From an archaeon (lineage in GTDB: Archaea > SpSt-1190 > DYHY01): a stretch of DNA of 14,875 nucleotides. Positions 14,814 to 14,875 of the stretch are shown here, one piece after another. The notes under the pieces are model-generated. The model was given only the letters and a program-made list of their open reading frames with translations. It had not been told where the DNA came from and ran no database searches. Each line of letters opens with the position of its first letter. Positions within the stretch are counted from its first letter, which is position 1. Made by a program: the position numbers and the translations under genes. The stretch lies in contig JBBIPP010000005.1 of assembly GCA_037442745.1 (NCBI GenBank), positions 1-14,875 of the forward strand, in the 5' to 3' direction.

Positions 14814-14875
14814 TTCTTCTCAATACAGATAACTACTTAATAAAGGTTACCAATTTGGAGATATTGGACAATTCT

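Noticed and set aside
1-14875. tRNA, rRNA, CRISPR array, integrase or transposase genes
   Set aside because: No cloverleaf, repeat-spacer periodicity or recombinase motifs were seen.

Overview
Archaeal chromosomal DNA. It carries rpl37ae, rpoP, rpoK, rps17e, prefoldin beta, an ADP-dependent sugar kinase and BRE/TATA promoters; the compact layout and divergent proteins suggest a DPANN-like lineage (inference only). From left to right: a divergent Nudix hydrolase / AglB-like GT-C membrane protein pair; a TATA promoter followed by an unannotated 30-aa ORF ending in YHMHW, then a NitD/MSMEG_0568-like radical SAM gene overlapping hisS; an MFS transporter; Hsp20; the conserved rpl37ae-rpoP-pcc1-pfdB-DHH block; UPF0147; sepF; a hairpin cluster resembling an IS200/IS605 right end; rpoK-rps17e; a winged-helix regulator coupled to a shortened ADP-dependent glucokinase, converging on an NDP-sugar pyrophosphorylase; and two hypothetical genes, the last AT-rich. 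The best candidate for an undescribed system is the promoter / 30-aa peptide / radical SAM / hisS unit at about 2143-5025. All family calls come from motif recognition by eye; no database searches were run.
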